Virus record (IMG/VR): IMGVR_UViG_3300025383_001098
DNA length: 64,000 bases
Reading direction: 5' to 3' (one strand)
DNA from: a virus
Below, in pieces: positions 44,579-54,293 of the stretch. The position numbers and the translations under genes are program-made. Each line of letters starts with the position of its first letter. The first letter of the stretch is position 1. Below the pieces are notes generated by a model. The model worked only from the letters and a program-made list of their open reading frames with translations, ran no database searches and was not told the origin of the DNA.

Positions 44579-44962
44579 ATGATAGAATTTTTAAACGAAT
44601 TTACTGAATTCTTTTTGAAGATGGTATTCTTCTACTTTATTGCGTGGACTGCTACTCTGTTTGTACAAGGATGGCTTGAGGCAAAGAATAAAGAGTTAGA
44701 AGCGGTTGTCCGCCACTTAGACAATTTGATTCGTGCTGTCAAAGTCGAAACTCATGGAGAAATGACCTATTGGTTTGATGCCGAGAATGATCGTTTTATT
44801 GCCCAGGGTCGTACACAAGATGAAATTGTTGCTATTCTCAAAGAACGATTTCCAAAAAATATCTTTTTACTTGAAAAGGTACTTTTAGCTGGTCCAGATT
44901 TTAAACCTGTTCCGGTAACTGACGAAGACGCTCACAAACTTTCTATCAAATTCAAATTATGA
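44579..44962 (+). CDS. Membrane-anchored hypothetical protein
   Basis: N-terminal TM; YWFD....FIAQG. Confidence 0.7.
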   Translation: MIEFLNEFTEFFLKMVFFYFIAWTATLFVQGWLEAKNKELEAVVRHLDNLIRAVKVETHGEMTYWFDAENDRFIAQGRTQDEIVAILKERFPKNIFLLEKVLLAGPDFKPVPVTDEDAHKLSIKFKL

Positions 44963-45354
44963 CAATGCACCTCGAAGGTCCGTGGCTCAGTACCACTGGT
45001 AAGAAAAAAGGCAAGCAAAAGTGGGCATCAGCTGAAGCCAAACGTAAGTATGAGCAACAGCAAGAATCCTGGTCAAATCTACTTAAATCTCACGGTATTA
45101 CAAAGAATACTCCCAAGGTCAAGGCTAAAAATACTGTAGGTAATTTAGCTGATTCTTACAGGTTTACCGTGCCTCCCGGGCGTGAAATGCCTCGTATTAA
45201 CAGTCGAGACACAGGGTGGGTACCATGTACCAAGTCCGCTGATAAAGTATATACTGGTACCAAAGTTAAAGGTATTGGTACTATGCACAAATCCAATGCC
45301 GTTCCTATCTTCTCAGATGACGAAGCAGTTGAGATAAGTAAAATGCGACGTTAA
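44959..45354 (+). CDS. Conserved basic T4-like phage protein
   Basis: YTG..VKGIGTMHKSNAVPIF..EA.EIS.MRR. Confidence 0.78.
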   Translation: MTMHLEGPWLSTTGKKKGKQKWASAEAKRKYEQQQESWSNLLKSHGITKNTPKVKAKNTVGNLADSYRFTVPPGREMPRINSRDTGWVPCTKSADKVYTGTKVKGIGTMHKSNAVPIFSDDEAVEISKMRR

Positions 45355-45368
45355 GGAGATAAACGCAC

Positions 45369-45590
45369 TTGAGCAAAAAAGATGATATCATCGAAATGAG
45401 CGGGGTAGTAGACGAAGTTCTACCAAATGCTATGTTTCGTGTAATTTTAGAAAATGGGCATAAAATCACTGCCACACTTGGTGGTAGACTTAGACAGAAT
45501 AATATACGCATATTATTAGGTGATAGTGTAGACGTTGAAATGTCAACTTACGACCTAAGCCGCGGACGAGTTGTTTACCGCAACAAATAA
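45369..45590 (+). CDS. infA: Translation initiation factor IF-1
   Basis: [39 protein letters not shown]; TTG start with AAGGAG SD. Confidence 0.95.
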   Translation: MSKKDDIIEMSGVVDEVLPNAMFRVILENGHKITATLGGRLRQNNIRILLGDSVDVEMSTYDLSRGRVVYRNK

Positions 45591-45592
45591 TC

Positions 45593-46468
45593 ATGTTTCA
45601 AATAATTCCCACATTATCCAGGCAGGATACACTATGGCCCGGCATTACCAATGAGCCAAGAAGTTGGTATCACGAACGTGTAGTGGGATCCAATGAATTA
45701 CTAATCACTGTTGGCGACTCTTGGACCTGGGGCGATGCCTTGGGAAATATATTTTTTCAATCCCCGGGATCGCCAAACAATGTCAACGACGATTACGAGC
45801 ACAGAACTACACATGTTTATGGTGCATTGTTAGCTGATCGTCTTGGCACAGACTTTTTGAACTTGGCATTTTGTGGTTGCGGTAACAGTTGGATGAGTGA
45901 AAAGTTAGTCCTATTCTTACCCGACTTGGTCAAACGCTATTCAAAAATTACAGTAGTTATAACACTAACAGAAATCGGACGTGATGTAGCCAGCAGATAT
46001 TGGGTCACGTCTGACCTGGACATGACTACATTAACTGGATTTTTAGAAAGTCTTGAACGCACAAGCCTGCGTCGATTCAAAGACCTGTTTGATCAATATC
46101 CCAATGTTGACTTTTTAGTTGGACGTAATTTTACTTTTACTTACCCAGACAATTATCAATACTGTCAACAACACCTGCTTAAAACCTGGGTTGAAATAAT
46201 TGAGGAGCAACAGGATATAGGACAGTATCCACGAGATCTACGCATGATGTCGGGTATCGCTTTTACTCCGGTTACAGAAACAATCAACGTCCACGGACTG
46301 CAAAACAAATTCAAAGAAGAACTTTTACGTGAAATGACTCTGGCCACAGAAGCAATTACCTGGCTTGAACGGTCGGCCCTTAACAGCCGTTGGGCCACTA
46401 AACACCCCACAGAACCAGCACACGAGCTCTGGGCAAATTATCTTTATAATACTATTACAAATAAATAG
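45593..46468 (+). CDS. SGNH/GDSL-like hydrolase
   Basis: VGDSWTWG, NLA..G.GN, C-terminal HPT..AH..WA. Confidence 0.65.
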   Translation: MFQIIPTLSRQDTLWPGITNEPRSWYHERVVGSNELLITVGDSWTWGDALGNIFFQSPGSPNNVNDDYEHRTTHVYGALLADRLGTDFLNLAFCGCGNSWMSEKLVLFLPDLVKRYSKITVVITLTEIGRDVASRYWVTSDLDMTTLTGFLESLERTSLRRFKDLFDQYPNVDFLVGRNFTFTYPDNYQYCQQHLLKTWVEIIEEQQDIGQYPRDLRMMSGIAFTPVTETINVHGLQNKFKEELLREMTLATEAITWLERSALNSRWATKHPTEPAHELWANYLYNTITNK

Positions 46469-46472
46469 TAGT

Positions 46473-47018
46473 ATGAATGATATTCGCGAAACAATAGACC
46501 TATTAGAAGCTAAAAATAAGCACACATTAGAGCAGATTAAACTGCCCTATAGCTATACAGCTTTAAGCCCTGTACTAAGCCAAACTAATTTGGATTTACA
46601 CTATGGCAAACTTTATAAAGGTTATGTTGACCGTTATAATTCCGGCGAGGGCGATCCTGCATTTAACGAAGCAGGTGCCTATCTACACGACATATTTTTT
46701 AGCCAATTCCGTCATCCAACCCCAGTACGCCCAACAGGTCGAGTCAGTGATTTAATCAATCGTCACTATGGTACATTTTTAGATTTTAAAGCAGAATTTA
46801 AAAAAGTAGCAATGACAGTCCAAGGATCGGGCTGGTGCTACCTGGCCCGCAACGGACAGGTTAAAAAAATATCAAATCATGCTAAACGTGCAGATATTGT
46901 TATCTTAGTTGACATGTGGGAACACAGCTATCAAACAGACTACAGTTCAAACAAATCCAAATACTTAGACAATATTTGGAGAATAATGGATTGGTCTGTT
47001 ATCAGTCAGAGAGTATAA
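46473..47018 (+). CDS. Fe/Mn superoxide dismutase
   Basis: LPY.Y.AL.P, H, LHDIFF, QGSGW, DMWEHSY; start placed 5 nt after a late motif. Confidence 0.88.
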   Translation: MNDIRETIDLLEAKNKHTLEQIKLPYSYTALSPVLSQTNLDLHYGKLYKGYVDRYNSGEGDPAFNEAGAYLHDIFFSQFRHPTPVRPTGRVSDLINRHYGTFLDFKAEFKKVAMTVQGSGWCYLARNGQVKKISNHAKRADIVILVDMWEHSYQTDYSSNKSKYLDNIWRIMDWSVISQRV

Positions 47019-47345
47019 ATGCTAACTATTACCAATTCAGCAGTAGAAAAAATTCAAGACATTTTAGCCGAAGAAAATAACCCAAGTTTAAAACTACGTG
47101 TTTTTGTACAAGGTGGTGGTTGCTCGGGTATGCAATACGGCTTTACGTTAGATGAAGCAGTTAACGAAGATGACTTTGATCTTGACATTGATGGTATACA
47201 CGTTTTAGTAGATTCAATGAGTGGCACATATTTACAAGGTGCTGAAATTGACTACAAAGACGATGTTATGGGTGCCAGTTTTACTATCAAAAATCCTAAC
47301 GCACAGACTACCTGCGGGTGCGGCTCAAGTTTTAGCCCTTATTAA
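47019..47345 (+). CDS. erpA: A-type Fe-S cluster carrier ErpA
   Basis: [29 protein letters not shown]. Confidence 0.93.
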   Translation: MLTITNSAVEKIQDILAEENNPSLKLRVFVQGGGCSGMQYGFTLDEAVNEDDFDLDIDGIHVLVDSMSGTYLQGAEIDYKDDVMGASFTIKNPNAQTTCGCGSSFSPY

Positions 47346-47407
47346 AATTTCCCAATAACCTAATATCAGCTTTGGTGCTAAATACAGCATACAAGGACTA
47401 TATTTCT

Positions 47408-50400
47408 ATGGCTTTTGCTAACGTAAACATTGGCGCACACACTTCGGATGGTACCGGTGACTCTCTAAGAGTTGCCTTCCAAAAAATAAATCAGAATTTT
47501 GCTAACATAGCATCCATGGGCAATCCGGGTCCAGTTCAATCTGTAAATGGTCATTCCGGAAATGTTGTATTAACAGCTGCTGATATTGTTGGTGTAGCAT
47601 CTGTAGGCTATGCCGATGGAGTAGGTTATGCTGGTAATACCTATACTAATTTTGTATTTGATAACATACAGTCTAACGTTTATAATTTTGTAGCTGGAAA
47701 CTTAGCCTCCTCTATCAGTCAAACTGCTACCAATTTGGTCATCACCGGAGATTTATTATCTCCGATTAATGCTAACATAGCCGGTGCTAATGCTGCCATT
47801 GCTTCGTTACAAAGTACTGTTGGCGGTTATTCATCGAGCATTTCTTCGTTGAGTAATAATTTAAGCAACCAACAAGGATTGATTTCAGCATTACAGGCAA
47901 ATGCTGCTACTCAAGCTGGTCAGATTGCCGGAGTTAGTTCTGCAATCGTCACAGCCAACACACAATTAAAAGGCTACACAGACACAGCGATTTCTACAGC
48001 AATCAACACAGCAATTAATAATTTGATTAATTCTGCACCAGGTACCTTAGATACCTTGGGAGAAATTGCTGCCAACTTAGCCACTGATGCTGGAGCAATT
48101 GGCGGTATACTAAACAGTATTACCAATATTAACAGCAATATCAATGCTACTAATTCAGCAATTATATCTGCAAACACAGATATGAAGGCCTATGTCGATA
48201 CTGCAAACAGCATCCAAGCTGGACAGATTTCTACTTTAATTTCTAATACTGGTGTAATTGCCGGTGAATTAAATTCTCTATTGACTAACTTTAGTAACAC
48301 ACAAAATCTTGTTAGTCAAAACACGTCAGACATTGAAACAATTAATACCAGATTAGAAGGCGGAAATACTGCTATCATTGTTTCTAACTCAGCTGTGGTT
48401 AGTTATGTAAACGACAAGGTCTCTTTATTACAAGCTGGACTTAACGGAGCCAATGCGGCCATAGTAACTGCCAACACAACAATGAAAGGTTATGTTGATG
48501 CTGTTACTGCGGCGTGGACTGCAAACGCTGTTGAACAGCTTAGTCAGATTACCGGAGCCAATGCGGCCATAGTAACTGCTAACACAGCATTAAAATCCTA
48601 TGTTGACGACAACATTGGATCTACCAATAGCAATGTAGCATCTGTCAACTCTAACATCGGTGCAATAAATTCTACCATTGCATCCATTGAAACAAATTTA
48701 AATGGCTACTCAGATTTATTTGGCTACATTACATCTAATATAAATCAAATTAATTCCAACGTTACTGCTACAAATGCCGCAATCGTTACAGCCAATTCTG
48801 CGATGCAATTATATGTTGTTGACTATGTCGATCAGCAGATCATTGCTGTTGGCAATTACGGTAACATCAATGTTGCTGCCTATTTGCCAACTCATACCGG
48901 TAACGTTGCAGGCCAAAACTTTATTACTTCGCAGGGTATATTCTGGTCTAATGGTGCACCATTTACGTCGGCTAATTTAACACACGACTTGCCTTTATAC
49001 TCCGGCAACGTTTCGGCAAAAACTTTATTAGTAACAGGTGATAGTACCACAGGTTTCTATCCTATCTATTCAGGACTACAATCTGGTTACTTTATAATTC
49101 CAAACTTGCTTGGACAGTTCAGTGCCAACGCAAACAGTTACGCACAGTTAAACATTACAAATATTAATAGCGGTAGTGAAGCAACAACAGACTACGTTGC
49201 TACCGCCAACAACGGAACTGACAGTTCTTTTTATGTTGACGTAGGTATTGCTGGCAGTAACTACGATGGTACACACCCAGCAAACAATTTAGGTACTGCA
49301 ATTTTCCCTAATGATGCTTACATTTATACTCAGGGCAATAATCCATCAGACACCGGAGGTAATTTATTAGTCGGTGCTGTTACTCCTGGTAAGGGAATTT
49401 TCTTTATAGCTGGCGGTCACGATCAGGCAAATATTGCTGTTGCAATTCATAATCCAAATACCGCACCAATCAGCAGTGGTACAGGTACGTTGGTAGTTAA
49501 AGGTGGCGTGGGCATTGGCGGAAATATCAACGCCGGTCTGTTTAATACCAGCCTACACAATATTAAAGGTAATTTATTACTTGGTCAAGGTAATGTCATT
49601 GCATCTGCCGATACAGTTTTAACTATTAATTTAAACACTGACACACCAATCGCATCGGCTAACAATACCGTTCATCTTAGCGGAGCAAGTGGTCACAGTA
49701 CTTTCTTAGGTATAGATTCCTTTGGCACAGGATTTGTGTCCGGTATTAATTTACGTACTTCCAGAGGTAATTCCGGTTCTCCATCGGCTTCGCAGGCAGG
49801 TGACATATTAGGAATTGTTGTTTCCAGAGGCTATGGTAGCACTGGATATTCTGCGGTAACTGGTTCTGGTAGCCAAGTTAGTTTCTCAGCAGCAGAAAAC
49901 TATACCGATACGGCACAGGGTTCTTACATTAACCTACGTCCAGTACCAATTGGTTCTAACGTAGCTACAACGGCTGTAAATATCAGCGCAACTACTACAA
50001 CTATTGCCGCATCTACCGCAAGTACAAGTTTCCTAAATGGTGCCTTGGTAGTTGGTGGTGGAGCAGGTATAAATGGTAATTTAAATGTATTGGCCAACGT
50101 TGGTGCAGGAAATATCAGTGCTGGTGGTAGCATCACATCTACAAATAACGTTACTGCTGCTAATTATTTCTTTGCCAACGGTACAAACATTTTAAGTACT
50201 ATCAGCAAGCCATCAAGAACTATATTAACAGCAACTACGGCAACATTGGCCGCAGGTGCCAGCGCAAACGTATTGCTTGGTGGCTACAAAGGCTATTACC
50301 TCTACAGTATTCAAGTTAATAATGCTGCCTGGGTAACTTTATATACATCAAACTCCTCGGCTACAGCAGACTATAGTCGTTCAATATCAACTGATCCAAC

Positions 50401-50587
50401 CCCAGGATCTGGCGTTATTGCTGAAGCTATTACCAGTGGCGCTGCTACACAATACTTTACACCAGGCGTAATAGGATACAATGCTGAATCGCCAGCAACT
50501 GCAATTATTCCAATGAAGGTCTACAACAACGGTGGATCAAGTGCAGCCATTACTGTACAGTTAACTTTAGTACAAACGGAGCAGTAA
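47408..50587 (+). CDS. Long tail-fibre/baseplate-associated protein with coiled-coil repeats
   Basis: N-terminal IG...DGTGDSLR.AF.KIN.NF (T4 gp9/gp10-like); repeated NAAIVTANT..K.YVD; late motif at 47378. Confidence 0.8.
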   Translation: MAFANVNIGAHTSDGTGDSLRVAFQKINQNFANIASMGNPGPVQSVNGHSGNVVLTAADIVGVASVGYADGVGYAGNTYTNFVFDNIQSNVYNFVAGNLASSISQTATNLVITGDLLSPINANIAGANAAIASLQSTVGGYSSSISSLSNNLSNQQGLISALQANAATQAGQIAGVSSAIVTANTQLKGYTDTAISTAINTAINNLINSAPGTLDTLGEIAANLATDAGAIGGILNSITNINSNINATNSAIISANTDMKAYVDTANSIQAGQISTLISNTGVIAGELNSLLTNFSNTQNLVSQNTSDIETINTRLEGGNTAIIVSNSAVVSYVNDKVSLLQAGLNGANAAIVTANTTMKGYVDAVTAAWTANAVEQLSQITGANAAIVTANTALKSYVDDNIGSTNSNVASVNSNIGAINSTIASIETNLNGYSDLFGYITSNINQINSNVTATNAAIVTANSAMQLYVVDYVDQQIIAVGNYGNINVAAYLPTHTGNVAGQNFITSQGIFWSNGAPFTSANLTHDLPLYSGNVSAKTLLVTGDSTTGFYPIYSGLQSGYFIIPNLLGQFSANANSYAQLNITNINSGSEATTDYVATANNGTDSSFYVDVGIAGSNYDGTHPANNLGTAIFPNDAYIYTQGNNPSDTGGNLLVGAVTPGKGIFFIAGGHDQANIAVAIHNPNTAPISSGTGTLVVKGGVGIGGNINAGLFNTSLHNIKGNLLLGQGNVIASADTVLTINLNTDTPIASANNTVHLSGASGHSTFLGIDSFGTGFVSGINLRTSRGNSGSPSASQAGDILGIVVSRGYGSTGYSAVTGSGSQVSFSAAENYTDTAQGSYINLRPVPIGSNVATTAVNISATTTTIAASTASTSFLNGALVVGGGAGINGNLNVLANVGAGNISAGGSITSTNNVTAANYFFANGTNILSTISKPSRTILTATTATLAAGASANVLLGGYKGYYLYSIQVNNAAWVTLYTSNSSATADYSRSISTDPTPGSGVIAEAITSGAATQYFTPGVIGYNAESPATAIIPMKVYNNGGSSAAITVQLTLVQTEQ
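48445..48586 (+). repeat. Intragenic direct repeat, 34 bp with 1 mismatch, 108-nt spacing
   Basis: CGGAGCCAATGCGGCCATAGTAACTGC(C/T)AACACA at 48445 and 48553. Confidence 0.85.
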
Positions 50588-50588
50588 C

Positions 50589-52187
50589 ATGGCAACCACT
50601 GTGCCATCCGATATCAGTAAACAACTACTGATCAGCATCTACGTTAAACGAGACGTTCACGACAACGGCATGACCTTAAAGGAATATGCCGATGCTGTTA
50701 TTGCTGGTACACACCCAATTTTAGATCATGATGAATATGTGTATCAATTTGGCGCCATACAAGAAGAAATTGATTTGGTAGTTAATTGGGCAACTGCCAA
50801 TGGTCTACAGGTTATTTCGTCTGATGCAGGAATAGCAACAGTTAAACTACAAGGTACCGTAGGATTGTTCAACAGTTTGTTTAATATCACATTAGTTGAT
50901 GTAACTGATGACACAAGAACTTATGTAAATTATACAGGGACTGTTACTATTCCCAGTGCCATCATAGGCGTTGTAGAAAATGTATTGGGCTTTGATCAAA
51001 GTTTTGTGGCCACCAAACACGCAGTTACCGTTCCGCTCAACGCTACTAACCCCGATACAGTCAATCCAAACTACTCTGGTGCTGTTACTCCTGTTGACGT
51101 AGCTACAGCATATAATTTACCCGCAGGCGATGGTTATGGTGGATGTATTGGAATTTTTGAATTAACATATTCTGGTTACGTCACCGGATATAGTACAACC
51201 GATGTAACCAATAGTTTTAGTCGCATTGGTTTGACTGCTCCAACTATTGTAAACATAAATGTCGACGGAGCCTCTGCAAGTACTACCAGCGACGCTGAAA
51301 GTATGTTAGACATTTACTGTGCTGGTGCAGTTGCACCTCGAGCAAAAATAGCCTACTATACAGCACCCAACGGCGGAACAACCGGCATTAATGATAATAT
51401 TCTTGCTGCTGCTGCGGATACTGTAAATAATCCCAGCGTGTTGAGTATTAGTTGGGGAATAGGCGATGGCAATTCTTTTGACACCGCCATGCAAACTTGT
51501 GTAGTCAAGGGAATTACAGTTATTGTAAGTTCCGGAGACCATGGGGCAACGGGCGGTGCGATCGATTCCAGCAGTTGTACCAGCCCTTACATGATCAGTG
51601 CAGGTGGCACAAATATTGGAATTACCAGTGGTACAAAAATAGGCGAGTATGCCTGGGTCAGCAGTGGCGGCGGAGTTAGTTCTTCTCAACCAAGACCAAG
51701 TTGGCAAAATGGATTGACCTATACTACTAAAACCAACACCGGAACTTTGGGTACACCAACTGCCCTACCGCGTCGAGGTATTCCCGATATCAGTGCACCA
51801 GCAGATCCTTACACAGGATATCAATTTTATGTAAACGGTATACTACAACAATATGGTGGAACCAGTGCTGCCGCTCCGTTTTTAGCCGGGGCTATAGTTA
51901 GATTAAATCAATTATTGGGCAAAAGAATTAGTTTACCAATGTCTACTTTTTACGGAAATACCACAGCATTTACAGACATTACCGGAGGCGATAACATCAG
52001 CGGTTATTCAATTGGTTATGCAGCTACCACTGGATGGGACGCTGCCACTGGGTTAGGTGTTATAAATGGCCCTAATTTCTACAAATTATTTAAAACTGGC
52101 TCGACTTTTCCAAGACAAAACTACGGTTTTAGACCCACAACTGGCGTCGGTTATCCCAGACCTTATCAGAAACTTACCGGTCGTTAA
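50589..52187 (+). CDS. S53 (sedolisin/kumamolisin) serine protease with pro-domain
   Basis: ESMLD (ExxxD), SISWG, SSGD, RGIPDISA, GGTSAAAP, GWD..TGLG. Confidence 0.9.
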   Translation: MATTVPSDISKQLLISIYVKRDVHDNGMTLKEYADAVIAGTHPILDHDEYVYQFGAIQEEIDLVVNWATANGLQVISSDAGIATVKLQGTVGLFNSLFNITLVDVTDDTRTYVNYTGTVTIPSAIIGVVENVLGFDQSFVATKHAVTVPLNATNPDTVNPNYSGAVTPVDVATAYNLPAGDGYGGCIGIFELTYSGYVTGYSTTDVTNSFSRIGLTAPTIVNINVDGASASTTSDAESMLDIYCAGAVAPRAKIAYYTAPNGGTTGINDNILAAAADTVNNPSVLSISWGIGDGNSFDTAMQTCVVKGITVIVSSGDHGATGGAIDSSSCTSPYMISAGGTNIGITSGTKIGEYAWVSSGGGVSSSQPRPSWQNGLTYTTKTNTGTLGTPTALPRRGIPDISAPADPYTGYQFYVNGILQQYGGTSAAAPFLAGAIVRLNQLLGKRISLPMSTFYGNTTAFTDITGGDNISGYSIGYAATTGWDAATGLGVINGPNFYKLFKTGSTFPRQNYGFRPTTGVGYPRPYQKLTGR

Positions 52188-52247
52188 GCAACGCACCTAA
52201 CATATCCAATTGAGCTAAATATACATAATATTGGATAAACCAGGACT

Positions 52248-54284
52248 ATGACCGTATCAATCGTTACCGTTAACACCAGCACACCAAACAGCGGTGGTGG
52301 CGACACTATCTATACCGCTTTTAGCAAAGTTAATAATAATACCGGCAATTTGGCCTTAGCAGTTAATAATCTGCAGGCAACCTATGCTAACACAAGCTAT
52401 GGTGTATTTGCCAACATTACTGTTACCAATCAAGTAATTGGACGTATGAACTTTAGTTCAGCAGGTGGTGGCGGCGTGTTTGTTGATGGTAGCCCTGTTG
52501 CAACTTCTGCTGCTTCGTTTACGGGCGGTAATGTACCAAGTCAAGCTAATTTTATTGCAACTACCAGTAGCACAAGCAAAACAACTGGTGCCGTTGTAGT
52601 CTATGGTGGTATGGGCGTTGCTCAAGATGTAAACATAGGTGGCTCAGTTAATTCTACAGGCGACAGTACAATTGGTGGTAACTTAACTGTCCAAGGAGCA
52701 AAAGACAGTTCAAACAGCTCTACTGGAGCAATAGTTGTTACTGGTGGTTTGGGTGTAGGTAAAAATCTAAACGCTGGACAAAATATATATGTTGGCGGTG
52801 CAGCCAGTGTTACTGGTACACTCAGCGCAGGTGGTGACACAACTATATCATCTACAACAATAAGCGTTGGTTCTACATCAGGTGCATTAATTGTGTCCGG
52901 TGGTACAGGTATTGCTGGCAATCTAAACGTTGGCGGAACAACTAACACTCAAGATTTAAATGTCGCTGGTAATATTACCGTTACTGGTAACGCGGTATTA
53001 GGATCGCAAACTGTTACTATTACAGACAATTTAATTGAATTACACACTTATGCAAATTTGGCACCGTTAACGTCCGACGATGGCAAAGACATTGGTATTC
53101 GTTTCCATTATTATCGTGCAGGTGGAGCCGGTGACAAAGAAGCAGCGTTAACCCTTGCACACGATACCAATGCAATGGAATTTTATATCACTGCGACCGA
53201 AACAGCAGGACAAATTTCAGGCACCTATGGTACTTACAAAGGTGGTGCTGTTATTGCTGCAAATACTACAGCGGCCACAAGTACCTCAACAGGTGCTCTA
53301 CAAGTAGCAGGTGGCGCAGGTATTGTTGGAAATTTATATGTTGGTGGAAATATTATATCCACCAGCACTGGCTTTACACAAGTTGCTTCTGGTAATTCAG
53401 CACAACGTCCAAATGGTCCAAACAATGGTATGATACGCTATAACAGCGACATTACCAGCTTTGAAGGTTACTATGCTGGTGCATGGTCAAGTCTTGGCGG
53501 GGTTAAATCAGTTGATGGCAAGGCATATATACAAGCAGAAAATTCTGCGGGTGCCGGTGACGATGTATTACGTTTTTATGCTGGAGATTCTGGATCAAGT
53601 ACACAGGTAATGTGGGCCAGCACAAGTAACATTAAAATATTACCCACTACAACATCAACCAGTACTACCACTGGAGCACTACAAGTAGCAGGTGGCGTTG
53701 GTGTTGCTGGTAATATCTACTCTGGCGGTACTGTTAGTGCTACTTCTGTTACAGCAACAAACTTAACAGGAACTCTGCAAACAGCCTCACAAACAAATAT
53801 TACATCAGTAGGTACCTTAAGTGGATTAACAGTCAGCGCCGCTATTGTACCAAATGGTAACGGTACGGTTACATTGGGCTCATCAGGCGCTTGGTGGAGT
53901 AGCATTTACGGTACTGCTGTTCACGCACAGTACGCTGACTTAGCAGAAAAATATCTTGCCGACGCAGATTATGATGTTGGTACTGTTGTTGCTGTTGGTG
54001 GCAATAAAGAAGTTACAGCCTGCCAAGCAGGTGATTTGGCAATTGGAGCTGTTAGTGCTAATCCAGCATTTAAAATGAATGACGGCCTAACCAACGGAAC
54101 ATTTATTGCACTTAAAGGTCGTGTGCCAGTTAAGGTAGTTGGTCCCGTAGTCAAAGGACAACGATTAATAGCCGGCGCCAGTGGATGTGCTACCGCAGTT
54201 TTGCAATCCAATGATGTATTTGCTATAGCATTAGAAACTAATAATGATACTGGTGTTAAATTAGTTGAAGCAGTAATTCTTTAA
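52248..54284 (+). CDS. Tail fibre-like virion protein
   Basis: GDTI..AF.KVN N-terminus; repeated ST.TGAL.V.GG.G..GN; C-terminal YADLAEKY...GRVPVKV domain; late motif at 52215. Confidence 0.8.
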   Translation: MTVSIVTVNTSTPNSGGGDTIYTAFSKVNNNTGNLALAVNNLQATYANTSYGVFANITVTNQVIGRMNFSSAGGGGVFVDGSPVATSAASFTGGNVPSQANFIATTSSTSKTTGAVVVYGGMGVAQDVNIGGSVNSTGDSTIGGNLTVQGAKDSSNSSTGAIVVTGGLGVGKNLNAGQNIYVGGAASVTGTLSAGGDTTISSTTISVGSTSGALIVSGGTGIAGNLNVGGTTNTQDLNVAGNITVTGNAVLGSQTVTITDNLIELHTYANLAPLTSDDGKDIGIRFHYYRAGGAGDKEAALTLAHDTNAMEFYITATETAGQISGTYGTYKGGAVIAANTTAATSTSTGALQVAGGAGIVGNLYVGGNIISTSTGFTQVASGNSAQRPNGPNNGMIRYNSDITSFEGYYAGAWSSLGGVKSVDGKAYIQAENSAGAGDDVLRFYAGDSGSSTQVMWASTSNIKILPTTTSTSTTTGALQVAGGVGVAGNIYSGGTVSATSVTATNLTGTLQTASQTNITSVGTLSGLTVSAAIVPNGNGTVTLGSSGAWWSSIYGTAVHAQYADLAEKYLADADYDVGTVVAVGGNKEVTACQAGDLAIGAVSANPAFKMNDGLTNGTFIALKGRVPVKVVGPVVKGQRLIAGASGCATAVLQSNDVFAIALETNNDTGVKLVEAVIL

Positions 54285-54293
54285 GGTTTAACA

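Noticed and set aside
49924-54211. Antisense ORFs within the tail-fibre and protease genes, and similar shadow ORFs elsewhere (4307, 4380, 6922, 16678, 20998, 37070, 38576, 39113, 60060)
   Set aside because: They overlap well-supported genes, lack SD or promoter signals and reflect codon bias
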